Source of the DNA: Candidatus Lokiarchaeum ossiferum
Lineage (GTDB): Archaea; Asgardarchaeota; Lokiarchaeia; Sigyniarchaeales; Promethearchaeaceae
Reading direction: 5' to 3'
DNA: 32,000 nt
Assembly (NCBI GenBank): GCA_025839675.1
Contig: CP104013.1
Coordinates: 1,170,001-1,202,000, forward strand
Shown: positions 8,742 through 18,103 of the stretch, piece after piece
Layout of the letters: each line of letters starts with the position of its first letter
Position numbering within the stretch: position 1 is the stretch's first letter
Program-made: the position numbers and the translations under genes
Notes under the pieces: generated by a model
Told to the model about the DNA's origin: nothing
Databases searched by the model: none
The model's input: the letters and a program-made list of their open reading frames with translations, nothing else

Positions 8742-11700
8742 ATGTTATTGCAAAACTTTCCATGGCCACAAGTTATCAATTATAGCCTTACAGCGTTATA
8801 TTCACTCATAGCAATACTTATATTCGTAAAGATGTTGAAATATATTCGAAATGAGTTAAAAACTGCACCGAAATATACTTTTCGCCAAAAATTTACCAAC
8901 TTCAGCTCAGGAGTAATATTTAGCTTAATGACATCTCTTTCGATAATGTTTGTTCTGGCTTTGATCTCATCTGCTATTAGTAAAAATGGTCAAATTATTT
9001 TAAATTCGGATCAAATCGATACAGACATTTCCAAAATTTTCTTGAATGAGATATTAGAAGCATTCGCTTTTCCTAGATATTTACCAATTATCCTCATTAT
9101 CATCGCAATTTTTTCGTTGTTCTATCCACTCTATGAATATTTGAAACTTGCAAGTCCTGGACAACAAGGTGCCACAGAAATACAACGGCATTTGGAATCA
9201 AGATATATCGACCGATTTAATCCACCTTGGAGTTATATTGCAGCAATAGTTCTTTTCTTCTTCATTGTTTTACTCGCCCCAATAATCACTTCGATAATTG
9301 CAACAAACCAATGGAATATTCCAGAAAATATCACTGATAGTTGGGCGATTCGTCTAATTTTCTTTGTATGGTTATTGTTAGGACCAATGTTTTACTTGAG
9401 TTATTACTCAAATATTGGAGCAGTTCAAACATTCTTTAGAGGACGAAGAGTAAATTTAAAAAATGATAAAAAATTGGCAATATTTTATGGGGTAGCAATT
9501 CTAACCTTCATTTCTTCGGTCTGGTCCTTTTTCCAATATATTATTCCCATCATAACAAATACTTATCCTAAACCAGGTATAGATTTTTTTGAATCTCAAA
9601 CTGATTTTGTAAACACATTGTTTGATATCTTTGATTTTTTAAAAATAGTCGATAAAGAAGGGCAAAGACCTAAAATAAGATTATTCTTTGCTGTTTTTCC
9701 CATTGATTTTCTTGGATTTATTTTAACCACAGCTGGTTTTGGTCTTATTGGAATATATTCCAAATTTATCAGTAAGGAACCATTAAATTCCCCCAAAATG
9801 GTATTATTCGCAGCGTATATTATTTGCGGTATAGCATTTTCCATCTTTGTTACCGCTATGGTAAAATGGCCCTGGATTTTTCCCGATGAAAATCTCCAAA
9901 AAATTGGATTAGATTTGATTTTATCTCCCGATGCTCGAAACCCAGAATGGACTGCAGAAAGGATGTGGGCAGATCAGGAAACAGTAGTTCGTTTATTTAG
10001 TACCGCAATTTTAGTGCAAAAAATATTGAATCTCATATTTTTAGGCAATTTTCTTTTCCATCGTAAAGAATTACGTCAAGAAGCGGATGAATGGGCACTA
10101 AATAAAGCCATATTAGAAAATGATTTTGAAACAATCAACAAATATAAGGTACATGAAAGTGTAGAAATGCGTAAAATTGTGGCTAATTCAGTTATTCGCT
10201 ATGTTAAAATGAAAGACAATCTCAATGTTGAATCTTCCGAGCAAATCTCAAAAATTATGGAGGAACTTCTTTCCGATGAAAATACAGAGATTACATCTAT
10301 CATTAAAGCACATCAATATGAAATCATGTTGAAATTAGATGAAGATTCAATCATCGCATCCATAATTAATTTGCTTAAGTCTGAGGATGCAAATAAAACA
10401 AAACAAGCCATAAAACTAACCCGACAAGTAGGAAAACGAAATATCGTAAATTTAAGTAAAATTATAGAAGAATTGAAACAAAAACAAATTCCAGATGTTG
10501 CTTTGAATAAGATTTTTAATGTAATAGCCGAATTTGATAGAGAAAATCATGAATATCTACGTGATTTGATTATACCACTTCTATCGGATGATTATGAACC
10601 TTTCATTCTTGCTTCGTTCCAGATTTTAAATGCCGCAACAAAGAATTTTCAAAAGAATTTGGATGTACTAACACCTTATTTTCATACTCTTCTTCAACAT
10701 CACAGCTCAAAAATCGTTGCCAGGACCTTAGATACATATTCAACTTTGGCATCTTCAAATCAAAATGCCGTTGCTACTTTGATGACTGAATTTAATCATA
10801 TTGATCGAACTGAGAATAACATTATTCAGGAAAAAATTGCCACAATCGTGAAATTTTGCATGATTCAAACGAAATGGTTTGAAAACTTATTTGATTACAT
10901 GGAAATCTATTTGAAAAGCACAGAAAATCAAGTGATTAGTGACGCAGCCATCGGTTTAGGTAGTCTTTCCAGTAATATCAGTCCCGAAGAGTTTTTCAAC
11001 CGAATTTTTCCCCATTTCAAACAATTAGTTCAACATTCTTCAACAGAAGTGAAGAAAGCAACTTTAGCATCTTTGGTGATTATTGCCCAAACTCGCCCAG
11101 AGATCTATAAAGATGAAAGATTTCAACATTTGTTCAGTGTACTAATCATTGATGAGGATGTGGATATTCGTCATCAAGTTTATCGCTTCTTTATTGAGGG
11201 CGATCCACACATTTTCATCAACGATATAGTTGCCATTCTTTCAGCACCATTATCAATTCAGATTCGGATCGATTTAATGAACATTTTGGCAATTGTGGCA
11301 GAAAAAATAGTTCCCTACATGGACGAAGTGTTATTATTTGAAGTTCTGAAGAAACAAGAGTTTATCCAGTCAAAAACACTATTTGGGTCAGAATTAAAAT
11401 CACTTCAAGAAGATAACTCAAAAATATTTGGCTTCCACCGAAATTTTGAAGAAATCAACTTGATGGGAGCAACTGTGGCATTAATTTATGATTTATTATA
11501 TTTTGCTCCGAATAAAATGCCTCAAATCGAAGATTTCTTAAATGAAAATGTTAAACATGGGGGAGATCTGGCCCTTGCTAAAAAATTCGAATTTTATTGC
11601 AAACAATCTTTAGATCATCTTGATGGAAAAACATTTATTGGTCAATTTGTTGATGTGAAAGAAACACTTTCCATTTTGGACAAGAACATCTATATAGTCA

Positions 11701-13208
11701 AACCTTTAGCACAAAAAGTTGTCGTGGAATTTTTATGGCAAGTATTTAAAAAAGATGTAAATTATCATAAGGAAATCCTTGTTTTACTTGTAGCAATTAG
11801 CTTGCAAAAAGATATGCCAGATGCTAATACTCGAAAAATGACACTTATATGCATGGCATCCATTTTTGCTCAATTTCCAGATATATATTTTGGGGAGATC
11901 CAATTCCAAAATTTAACCAACTTAAAAACTGCAACCGTAAATCCTTTTGAAAAGTATTTCAAACCCTATTTGCTAAAAAATATGGATTCAAATCAAAAAG
12001 AAGTACAAGATGGAATCACAACAGCCCTATATAAAATTTTGGAGGCTACAGATCAAGAAAAATTTATTCGGAAGCTTTTAATTGAAGCCATTAATCAATC
12101 CAAAGGAATAAATGCGAAAATAACAGCAATGAAAGCTATTGTTTCACTTCCGATCAAAATTGATGATAAAGAAACCACAGCAACATTGCTTCGGCAACAA
12201 TCCTCTAAAAATATCGAAGTCAGAGCTCAAGCAATACGATCGTTAGGACAAATTATCCGAACGTATCCATCATATACAACCCGAAAACATTCCCGCCAGA
12301 TTAGATCCTTGAAATCATTGATCTATCGAGTTTTATTCAACCCATATAAACCCAATGCACCGATCGAGATAAAAAAAGCAATATTGGAACATTTAGGGAC
12401 AATAACTCTCATTCAACCAAATATTCCAGTTTGTTTATCCACAATTGAGGCCATTGGCCTTGATCCTGATCCAAAGATTGCCATACAAGCCGTGGAGATC
12501 TTCTTCCAATATGTTGATTTATATCCTGATAAAATGGCAGAAATTATGGTGGTCTTCCGTCGGCTTTCAAATTCACCTTTTGTGGAAATAAATCGGTTAA
12601 TTGTCCAAAAATTGCTAGATCTTCAGCAATCCGGGATGAAAATGACTGCATTATATTCAAGTTTAATCAAACTGGCCACTTCACCTTCAAAAGAGATCCG
12701 AATTATCAGTTTACAAGCATTCTATGATATTTCAATTAAAGTTCCTGAACAGTTTGACTTCTTTATAGGTATTATAATGCAGTTATCAACCAACCGCCAG
12801 CCTGAAGTACGCCAAGATGCATGTAACTTCTTATTCAAATTTGCTTATTTGAAAGGAAATGAACTCAAGCCCCTTATCAAGATTTTAGCACGTCTCCAGA
12901 ATCTTGCTGGGGATCCAGATATAGGTGTGCGAATTCAGCTATCTAAAAATCTTCAACAAATGGTAGACCATCTGCCCCAACAAATTAATGATGTGCTTCA
13001 AATCATCTATACTTTGATCCGGGGAAGCGGAAATCACAATGAAATTATTCAAAATTTAGCTTTGACCTTAAAAGGTATATGGAATACCCATCCAGATTTA
13101 AATGAAGAAATGTTAGCCAAACTCCAACGGTTTTATAAAAAATCCCAAAATGCTATCTTGTATACTTTAGTTAATGATTTAAAATCTGGAAAAGTCACAA
13201 TTAAATAA
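8742..13208 (+). CDS. giant polytopic membrane protein with ~1000-aa HEAT/ARM-like alpha-solenoid
   Basis: 1488-aa ORF. Residues ~10-400 (nt ~8769-9950) contain about 10 hydrophobic helices. From ~residue 455 (nt ~10104) onward it is all-helical, with many HEAT-type signatures: HESVEMRKIVANSVIRY, HSSTEVKKATLASLVII, DEDVDIRHQVYRFF, SSKNIEVRAQAIRSLGQI, SPSKEIRIISLQAFYDI, NRQPEVRQDACNFLFKF and DPDIGVRIQLSKNLQQM. Confidence 0.85.
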   Translation: MLLQNFPWPQVINYSLTALYSLIAILIFVKMLKYIRNELKTAPKYTFRQKFTNFSSGVIFSLMTSLSIMFVLALISSAISKNGQIILNSDQIDTDISKIFLNEILEAFAFPRYLPIILIIIAIFSLFYPLYEYLKLASPGQQGATEIQRHLESRYIDRFNPPWSYIAAIVLFFFIVLLAPIITSIIATNQWNIPENITDSWAIRLIFFVWLLLGPMFYLSYYSNIGAVQTFFRGRRVNLKNDKKLAIFYGVAILTFISSVWSFFQYIIPIITNTYPKPGIDFFESQTDFVNTLFDIFDFLKIVDKEGQRPKIRLFFAVFPIDFLGFILTTAGFGLIGIYSKFISKEPLNSPKMVLFAAYIICGIAFSIFVTAMVKWPWIFPDENLQKIGLDLILSPDARNPEWTAERMWADQETVVRLFSTAILVQKILNLIFLGNFLFHRKELRQEADEWALNKAILENDFETINKYKVHESVEMRKIVANSVIRYVKMKDNLNVESSEQISKIMEELLSDENTEITSIIKAHQYEIMLKLDEDSIIASIINLLKSEDANKTKQAIKLTRQVGKRNIVNLSKIIEELKQKQIPDVALNKIFNVIAEFDRENHEYLRDLIIPLLSDDYEPFILASFQILNAATKNFQKNLDVLTPYFHTLLQHHSSKIVARTLDTYSTLASSNQNAVATLMTEFNHIDRTENNIIQEKIATIVKFCMIQTKWFENLFDYMEIYLKSTENQVISDAAIGLGSLSSNISPEEFFNRIFPHFKQLVQHSSTEVKKATLASLVIIAQTRPEIYKDERFQHLFSVLIIDEDVDIRHQVYRFFIEGDPHIFINDIVAILSAPLSIQIRIDLMNILAIVAEKIVPYMDEVLLFEVLKKQEFIQSKTLFGSELKSLQEDNSKIFGFHRNFEEINLMGATVALIYDLLYFAPNKMPQIEDFLNENVKHGGDLALAKKFEFYCKQSLDHLDGKTFIGQFVDVKETLSILDKNIYIVKPLAQKVVVEFLWQVFKKDVNYHKEILVLLVAISLQKDMPDANTRKMTLICMASIFAQFPDIYFGEIQFQNLTNLKTATVNPFEKYFKPYLLKNMDSNQKEVQDGITTALYKILEATDQEKFIRKLLIEAINQSKGINAKITAMKAIVSLPIKIDDKETTATLLRQQSSKNIEVRAQAIRSLGQIIRTYPSYTTRKHSRQIRSLKSLIYRVLFNPYKPNAPIEIKKAILEHLGTITLIQPNIPVCLSTIEAIGLDPDPKIAIQAVEIFFQYVDLYPDKMAEIMVVFRRLSNSPFVEINRLIVQKLLDLQQSGMKMTALYSSLIKLATSPSKEIRIISLQAFYDISIKVPEQFDFFIGIIMQLSTNRQPEVRQDACNFLFKFAYLKGNELKPLIKILARLQNLAGDPDIGVRIQLSKNLQQMVDHLPQQINDVLQIIYTLIRGSGNHNEIIQNLALTLKGIWNTHPDLNEEMLAKLQRFYKKSQNAILYTLVNDLKSGKVTIK

Positions 13209-13399
13209 TTTTAACTCGATTGATTTTATTTGGTTTTTTTTACTTTTTCTTTTATTCCTATCGCATTAATCCGTTCAGCTTTATCTTATACGAATAGTTT
13301 TCAAGTATCATTGGTATTTTTCATAAAAAGTACTTTATTCACAGATAACAGGAACATTGGTATAAATTAGGAAAAAAAAATTAAGAAGAGGAATTAGCA

Positions 13400-15856
13400 T
13401 TAGATTCGTTTTATTTCTTCAAACAGACGATTTGAAGCGGCACTAAGTTCTTCGGCAGCAGCGGTCATCTCTTCGAGCGTTGAAGCCATTTCTTCAGTTG
13501 ACGAGGAGAGTTCTTCGGCAGTACTGGAACTTTCTTCGATCACGCCATTTATGTTTTCTACATTAGTCACAATTTGTGTAATTTGACCATCTTGAGTATT
13601 GACATTTACGATGGTGTCACGAATTCCAACATCCGTTTCATTGATCACAGTAAAAAGAGCGTCGAGTTGCAATTTTGTTTGATCAATGGCTTTGAATCCT
13701 TGTTTAGTAGATTCGACCGTTAAATCCGTAGCGCTCACTGCATCTTGCACTTCCTTCTGAATCATATTGATTAAATCATTGATTTGATCTGCTGCTTGCT
13801 TGGAATCTTCGGCAAGTTTTCGCACTTGTTCTGCTACAACAGCAAAACCTTTTCCAGCATCTCCCGCACGAGCCGCTTCAATTGCTGCATTAAGTGCAAG
13901 TAAATTGGTTTCTGTGGCAATCCCAGAGATCACATCTACAATTTTATTAATTTCTTTACTTTTTTGAGATAAAGAACCCATTGTATCAGAGACTCGTTCG
14001 GCACCGTTGTTAATTTCTTGAATTCGGAGTAATAAATCATCAGTCAAAGCTTTTCCTTTCTGTGCCATCCCTTGTCCTTCCTTTGATTTCACAGCAATTT
14101 CTCCGGTTCTATTCACAATATTATCACTTAAACTTTTGATTTGAGTCACAGCATCAGAAATCTGCATGACCTGCTGACTTTGACTTTGAGCCCCACGGGC
14201 GACTTCCTGGGATCCCCCTGTCACTTCTTGAACCGAAATATTGATTTGATTTGAAGATTCAGAGATTTGCTCGGCCATGGAATTCACTTCACTTGCTATT
14301 GTTTCCACATTTTCGATTAGACCTCTAATAGTAGTCATATCAACAAAAGTAGTCAGATTTCCAATATGCACTCCATTAGAAGTATAAAGAGATTTAACAA
14401 ATGTATTCACAATGATTTTTTTATTCTTGGCATTTGTGAGTTCATATTCAAAATCGGAAAATCCACCATCCCGATTGAATATCTGAACAGCTTCGTCACA
14501 ACGTTTCGGATCTACAAAAAACACATCAGGATTACGACCTAATATATCTTTTTCTTGGAATCCAGTTAATTCGAGGAATGATTTTCCAACCATTGTGATT
14601 GTTAAATTTTCATCCATAACCACTAAGGGAGATGAAGAAGAATCGACGATGCTTTTATTCATATCCATAAGAATTTTCGTTTTACTGACCATATCTTGTA
14701 TATTGGAAGTCAATCCCATAATCTCATCATCATTTGATTTAGCATTAACTTCAATATTATAGTTACCATCTGCAACAACTTTAGCTTGTTTTTGTAATTC
14801 TTCAATGGGATTTGTAATGGAACGACTTAAATAGATTCCAATTATTGCAATGGCAACTATAAAACCTAAACTAATCAATACTGATTGTAATATACTGCTA
14901 TTAATCATCTGCGTAATAGTTTCTTCCCGACTTAGAGCATCAATCACAAAATCCCAGTCATCCAATTGAGAATATGCAACTGTAGATACGCTTACTGTTG
15001 AAGAAACGGTTTTTATGCCTGCATTTATCCTTGATGACGTTCCAAAAATAGCAAGAAAATCATCGTTTTGTTTTTCGCCAGCGGGTAAAATATCAGCTAA
15101 ATTTTCACCAATTAATTCTTCAAGGTTGTGAGAGACAATTAAACCATCCAAATCAGTAATAATTATTTCTATTCCATCGGCAGCCATATCCCCATTAACT
15201 ATATCTCCCAAAATGGAAAAATCCAAGCCAGCTTTAATCATACCACCAAAGGACCCATTTGCCAAAGTTATGGAATAAACAAAATTCATCAAGAATAAAG
15301 ATCCATCTAATTCAAAATCGATTGTTGAACCACCCGCAGTTTCTGCTGCAGTCCACCAACCTTCATCAACTTGTTGAAAATCTCCAGGAATCCCTCCTGC
15401 ACAAGCATAGACATAACCTCGAGCATCGGTAACAAAAATATCAAGGAGTTCATTAGATTCTACAAAAAAATCCAGATATGCAGAAAAAGCAGGGTCTATA
15501 TCATTGGTAAGGTCCAACGTCTTTTCAGTTTTAATTGTATTTTCGGATTCAGCAACATCATTATCAAAACTTCCACCTTCATAAGCATCCCATAGAGTAT
15601 CAACAGATACGCCTCCTGCTGTCGCCGCAGATGATTTTGTCGAAGGATTATTTACGAGTTCCTCAATAGCATCTTCAGCTTCCGATAGGAAGGTATTAAT
15701 GTAAATTCCCACAGAATCACGTTGAGCCGTCAAAGCCTTATTATTTTCACTCCGAATATTAGATGTGGTCTGAATAGTGGAGATGATGCTGAGTGAAGCC
15801 ATAGGAACTATAGCTATTGCAAGAATAATTACCAGCAATTTAATTTTTAATTTCAT
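13400..15856 (-). CDS. methyl-accepting chemotaxis protein (TM, extracytoplasmic sensor, TM, HAMP, PAS-like, MA domain)
   Basis: 818 aa. It has an N-terminal TM helix ([20 protein letters not shown]), a ~300-aa sensor region, a second TM helix ([22 protein letters not shown]), a HAMP-like linker, and a PAS-like segment ([36 protein letters not shown]). The canonical signalling hairpin tip is present: [37 protein letters not shown]. Confidence 0.92.
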   Translation of the reverse strand: MKLKIKLLVIILAIAIVPMASLSIISTIQTTSNIRSENNKALTAQRDSVGIYINTFLSEAEDAIEELVNNPSTKSSAATAGGVSVDTLWDAYEGGSFDNDVAESENTIKTEKTLDLTNDIDPAFSAYLDFFVESNELLDIFVTDARGYVYACAGGIPGDFQQVDEGWWTAAETAGGSTIDFELDGSLFLMNFVYSITLANGSFGGMIKAGLDFSILGDIVNGDMAADGIEIIITDLDGLIVSHNLEELIGENLADILPAGEKQNDDFLAIFGTSSRINAGIKTVSSTVSVSTVAYSQLDDWDFVIDALSREETITQMINSSILQSVLISLGFIVAIAIIGIYLSRSITNPIEELQKQAKVVADGNYNIEVNAKSNDDEIMGLTSNIQDMVSKTKILMDMNKSIVDSSSSPLVVMDENLTITMVGKSFLELTGFQEKDILGRNPDVFFVDPKRCDEAVQIFNRDGGFSDFEYELTNAKNKKIIVNTFVKSLYTSNGVHIGNLTTFVDMTTIRGLIENVETIASEVNSMAEQISESSNQINISVQEVTGGSQEVARGAQSQSQQVMQISDAVTQIKSLSDNIVNRTGEIAVKSKEGQGMAQKGKALTDDLLLRIQEINNGAERVSDTMGSLSQKSKEINKIVDVISGIATETNLLALNAAIEAARAGDAGKGFAVVAEQVRKLAEDSKQAADQINDLINMIQKEVQDAVSATDLTVESTKQGFKAIDQTKLQLDALFTVINETDVGIRDTIVNVNTQDGQITQIVTNVENINGVIEESSSTAEELSSSTEEMASTLEEMTAAAEELSAASNRLFEEIKRI

Positions 15857-16298
15857 TTTTTATACTTCCATCATTAATTTTTTTAAAAATTATATTCATT
15901 TTAGTAAATATCAACAACAAGATTAATACTAAATTATCAGAAAACTTAGAAAATTGATCTAGAAAATTTCTTCAAATTGAGGGTATAAAAGGAATTGGAA
16001 AATTTCCAAGAGATAAATAACATTTATACGAAAATCATGGACAGATAATATTTTTGGATGGTAATAAATGCAGTATTGTTTGAATCGAAAAAAAAAATTT
16101 AGATTCAATAAAATAATGCCATCTTTCTTAATGGTTCAACGCTAGATCGTGTTGGTAAAAATTTGGGTATTGAATATAAGCGATAAAACAATTCAGAAAA
16201 TGAAATTTTTTTTTTTGATTTAATTTTCAATTAATTTCTCTTTACTTACTTTTTATTTTTTTCCCACAGTATTAAACTGAGGAAAAATTCTCAATTTC

Positions 16299-16790
16299 AT
16301 GGCAAAAATTTTAGCGATTTATGGATCAAAATATGGTTCAACTAAGGAAATTGTGGAAACATTAGCAAAAGAATTAGAAAATCTCAAATTGATAACGCCT
16401 GCAGAATTTGTTAGAGAAGATAAAGATTATGAATGCGTTCTTATTGCTTCAGGAATTTACGCTGAAGAAATCCACCCTGAAATTGTAAATTTTGTGGATA
16501 AAAATGAACGATGGTTGAAGCAAAAAAAAATAATTCTTCTAGGTGTATGTTTAGCGGGGCAACGAGGGATAAGTTATTTGGATAAACTTAAGAAAAAATT
16601 GGGATCGTGCATCATTTGGGTAGGAATGGCTAAGGGAAGATTGATTCTTAATCGTTTAGGGGAAGAAGATTTTACAATGATGAAAATATTTGCAAACAAG
16701 GTGAAAATGCCATTTATTGATCGAGATTTCATAGATCCTGAAGAATTATTAGATATTTCCAGCCAAATTAACACAATTATGAAAGTTTAA
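16299..16790 (+). CDS. flavodoxin-fold protein (HemG/Flavodoxin_5-like)
   Basis: 163 aa. The N-terminus KILAIYGSKYGSTKEIVETLAKEL matches the flavodoxin phosphate-binding loop pattern (I-x-Y-x-S-x-x-G-x-T). Its size and layout resemble the short flavodoxin-domain proteins related to HemG. Confidence 0.6.
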   Translation: MAKILAIYGSKYGSTKEIVETLAKELENLKLITPAEFVREDKDYECVLIASGIYAEEIHPEIVNFVDKNERWLKQKKIILLGVCLAGQRGISYLDKLKKKLGSCIIWVGMAKGRLILNRLGEEDFTMMKIFANKVKMPFIDRDFIDPEELLDISSQINTIMKV

Positions 16791-17212
16791 AAATTTTTTT
16801 TTCATTCAAGAAATGATATCTTGGTAAGCAAATACTTTTTTTGTATCTATAAAATATTTCAAATTTGAAGACATTGAAAGGAAATTGTCGGCTCAAAGGT
16901 AATTTTGAGTAAATTTATTGCCTAAATCAGGACAAATATTATTTTCAGCAAGAGCGAATTATTTAAAAGAATTTGGGGATATTCTATTGGAATCCTTCTA
17001 AAAATTAAAAAAATGACCCATCTCAAAAAAAATGGCTTTTTGACCATTTTAGAGCACTTTAATGTATATCATTTGCTTGATATTTATAGAGATTATTGAA
17101 TTCTGATCCTAAAAAATAATATTTTTTATGATAATTCTTTAGAATTTTTGTCAAAATATGCCTTTTAGTTAGAGTCTTTCTTTTCAAAGAATATAATACG
17201 GGGAAAAAAAAA

Positions 17213-17656
17213 ATGCCTAAACAAAGAGTACCGACGCGAAAAGTATCAATTGACCTTCCGATGGATTTATGGGAACGATATCAAGAGCTTGGAGGATCAT
17301 ACGGAATGAAAATCAAAGAATTCGTTCTTGGAGCCTTTGAAGCGGCGGATTTTTTAGATAAATTCTTGTCTGAAACTTTAAATGAAGATCAGCTTCGTAA
17401 TATTAGCCCACTTCTACGATCCAACTTGGAAAAATATGAAACCTTATATTGTGGAAAAACGCGTTCCAGAAATTTGGATCAACCCCACAAAATCTACTTT
17501 GATAAACGTAATGAATTACACCAGGATTCTACCTTAGCAATTCGAACTCACGATATAGTGAAAGAATTCAATAAGCAGGATCAATTTTCATTGGATCTTC
17601 TAAATGATAAAAGCCGAAAGTATAATAAGGTCATTGAAGAACTCATTATCCGATAA
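17213..17656 (+). CDS. hypothetical protein, possible N-terminal ribbon-helix-helix DNA-binding domain
   Basis: 147 aa. RKVSIDLPMDLWERYQELGGSYGMKIKEFVLGAFEAA has the strand-helix-helix pattern of CopG/Arc-type RHH domains. The remainder is unrecognised. Confidence 0.45.
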   Translation: MPKQRVPTRKVSIDLPMDLWERYQELGGSYGMKIKEFVLGAFEAADFLDKFLSETLNEDQLRNISPLLRSNLEKYETLYCGKTRSRNLDQPHKIYFDKRNELHQDSTLAIRTHDIVKEFNKQDQFSLDLLNDKSRKYNKVIEELIIR

Positions 17657-17691
17657 AAAGAAGAAAAGTTAAAAAAAGATTAGTCTTTAGG

Positions 17692-17871
17692 TTAGTTTTT
17701 AAATGTTTTTTTATGAACACGCGCCCGTAACACTTCATCATATATGTTTTCCAGGAATGATATGTAATTTTCTTTTGATAAATCATCGAGATCAAATTCA
17801 TTAAGACTCCGATCTCTGAAACGACCCACTTTCACTTTCTCTTTCGACAAAAACACAAGATTATCTGTCAT
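17692..17871 (-). CDS. unlisted small ORF (59 aa), hypothetical
   Basis: I translated this by hand: MTDNLVFLSKEKVKVGRFRDRSLNEFDLDDLSKENYISFLENIYDEVLRARVHKKTFKN. The ATG is the complement of cat 17869-17871 and the stop is the complement of tta 17692-17694. It is just under the 60-aa cutoff of the ORF track and fills an otherwise empty 447-nt gap. No homology is recognised. Confidence 0.25.
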   Translation of the reverse strand: MTDNLVFLSKEKVKVGRFRDRSLNEFDLDDLSKENYISFLENIYDEVLRARVHKKTFKN

Positions 17872-18103
17872 TTCATTTTCACCAACTTACTTAATCCAAC
17901 TCACCCTTAAAAACATTGGTACCAATATCTTTTTGTTTAATATTCTTTAGCGTAATTTTTGTTAATTGGCAATTTTGTATTTTTTATGATCAAAAATAAA
18001 CATATTTATTAAAGAGCCCCCTTTTTGATGGAAGAACCAATTACTACAAAAAACAAAGGTAAATTATCAAATAATTTTTATTCTATTACCACTACAAAAA
18101 CTT

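Noticed and set aside
13400-14300. Elevated G+C (about 50% in line 13441-13500) in the MCP 3' half as evidence of horizontal transfer
   Set aside because: The signalling domain is Ala/Gly/Glu-rich, and that alone raises G+C. Without codon-usage statistics or a phylogeny, the composition shift is not evidence of transfer.
17915-17926. Perfect 12-bp palindrome ATTGGTACCAAT upstream of the acyltransferase gene
   Set aside because: Several 12-bp palindromes are expected by chance in 32 kb, and more in AT-rich DNA. Nothing else supports a regulatory role.
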